From Zootoca vivipara (lineage: Eukaryota), in assembly GCF_963506605.1 (NCBI RefSeq), contig NC_083276.1:82150001-82214000 (forward strand): 64,000 nt of DNA. The letters are read 5' to 3'. This document shows, piece by piece, positions 62,474-64,000 of the stretch (the stretch's first letter is position 1; every line of letters begins with the position of its first letter). Below the pieces are notes generated by a model that saw nothing but the letters and a program-made list of their open reading frames with translations, was not told where the DNA came from and searched no databases. Position numbers and translations under genes: made by a program.

Positions 62474-62816
62474 GTTGGGATGTGGGTGGTGCTGTGGGTT
62501 AAACCACAGAGCCTAGGGCTTGCCGATCAGAAGGTCGGCGGTTCGAAACCCCGCGACGGGGTGAGCTCCCATTCCTCGGTTCCATCTCTTGCCAACCTAG
62601 CAGTTTGAAAGCACGTCAAAGTGCAAGTAGATATACAGCAGGAAGGTTAACGGCATTTCTATGTGCTGCTCTGGTTCACCAGAATTGGCTTTTTCATGCT
62701 GGCCACATGACCTGGAAGCTGTACGCCGGCTCCCTGGGCCAATAATGCGAGATGAGCGCCGCAACCCCAGAGTCGGTCACAACTGGAACTAATGGTCATG
62801 GGTCCCTTTACCTTTA
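62474..62816 (+). mobile_element. Sauria SINE, full length
   Basis: tRNA-like head with A and B boxes; 11-bp TSD CTGCAGATACA. Confidence 0.93.
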
Positions 62817-63244
62817 CTGCAGATACAACATGCATGATGGTGTACAAAAGCACCTGGAATTAATTCTCAGCAAAAGAAAGTTATAGGGCAGTTTTCCCCA
62901 AGATGCGACCCACCCACTGTCTTAAACTACAGCTCCCACCATCCCTGATTATCGAACACAATAGTTGAAACTAATTGTAGCTGTAACCCAACAATATCTG
63001 GAGCGCCCCTGGTTGGGGAAGGTTGATTGAAGCAATAGTTCTCTGTCTTTCTACCTGTGAAGAACCCTTTTCATTTTGGCAGTGTTTGGGGAACTATGTA
63101 TCTCACATGGAAATGGATTATGCTTCAGGCATGTAGGCTGCTCTGGTATAACTACATTCTAGTAGCCACTGATACGCTCTGAGACACCTATGATAGACAC
63201 TGGGTCCTTCATTTTATATCATTGTGCACTGTATAACACTCCTG

Positions 63245-63586
63245 AAGGTAAAGGTACACCTGACCGTTATGTCCAGTCTGGGGTTGCCTGCTCATCTTGC
63301 TCTATAGGCCGAGGGAGCCGAGGTTTGTCCACAGACAGCTTCCAGGTCAGGTGGCCAGCATGACTAAGCCACTTCTGGCGAACCAGAGCAGCACACAGAA
63401 ACGCTGTTTACCTTCCTGCCCGAGCTATTTATCTATTTGCACTTTGACGTGCTTTCGAACTGCTAGGTGGGCAGGAGCTGGGACCGAACACTGGGAGCTC
63501 ACCCTGTCACTGGGATTTAAACCACCAACCTTCTGATTGGAAAGCCCTAGGCTCTGTGGTTTAGGCTACAGCACCACCTACATCCC
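63245..63586 (-). mobile_element. Sauria SINE, full length
   Basis: Same family, reverse orientation. Confidence 0.9.
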
Positions 63587-63592
63587 TCTACG

Positions 63593-63769
63593 CAGGGCTG
63601 GCTCTAGGTAGAGTCCCGGTGGTGCGGTGTGCCAGGGCGCCGGGCCGGTATGCGGGGCGCTGCGCGGTGAAGCCACGTGGAAACCATGCTGCGCCCTGCA
63701 AGGGCGGGGGTGCCGGAGCGATATCCGCCCCTCAGCGCCAGGGCGCCCAACCTGCTCGAGACTGCCCTG
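63593..63769. mobile_element. GC-rich hAT MITE
   Basis: CAGGGCTGGCTC...GAGACTGCCCTG; TSD CCTCTACG/CCTCTACT. Confidence 0.9.
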
Positions 63770-64000
63770 CCTCTACTCCTATTTGCCTATAACTGAAAAT
63801 AGTATTCAGTTATCTTTCATTTCAGTTTACTGTTCTGAAAACCACAACCCATTCAAAACATTGTTCAATATCAATGACATATTTAGGAAATGACAGAGGT
63901 TTGATGATTGAACATTTGACACTGAACATTTTTCATTGTGTGGAGAGCATCTACCAGAACATAAGCTACTTCTGAAGGATCCTCTCATTTCATTTGCTTT

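Noticed and set aside
62474-62560. tRNA-like A/B boxes (also about 20025, 24470, 26800, 52670)
   Set aside because: SINE heads, not tRNA genes.

Overview
Eukaryotic, not prokaryotic, DNA. The repeat content (Sauria/Squam1 and Squam3 SINEs, Bov-B, CR1, L1, L2) points to a squamate reptile, probably a lacertid lizard (inference). The left end holds the two coding exons of LRRC55 (BK channel gamma-3 subunit, minus strand). From about 23 kb onward is a class II (family 5/8/9-like) olfactory receptor cluster: five intact single-exon OR ORFs, two OR pseudogene fragments, and the apparent promoter and first exon of a further OR whose CDS would start just beyond the window. Most short ORFs in the supplied track are spurious or transposon-derived. 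The most unusual items are mobile-element structures: (1) a Gypsy element with one LTR and an open gag-PR-RT' frame that is still flanked by a 5-bp TSD; (2) a 1.23-kb apparently non-coding, 5'-complete, polyadenylated L1-type retroposon with a 16-bp TSD and an empty paralogous site in the same window; (3) a 1.6-kb composite non-autonomous Helitron; (4) a Bov-B with both ends intact but the endonuclease region deleted; (5) four Ngaro/DIRS-like fragments, one with an SGNH-hydrolase remnant. There is no CRISPR array, rRNA or true tRNA gene. Two assembly gaps lie at 33955-34087 and 34241-34650. All calls are by eye, with no database searches.
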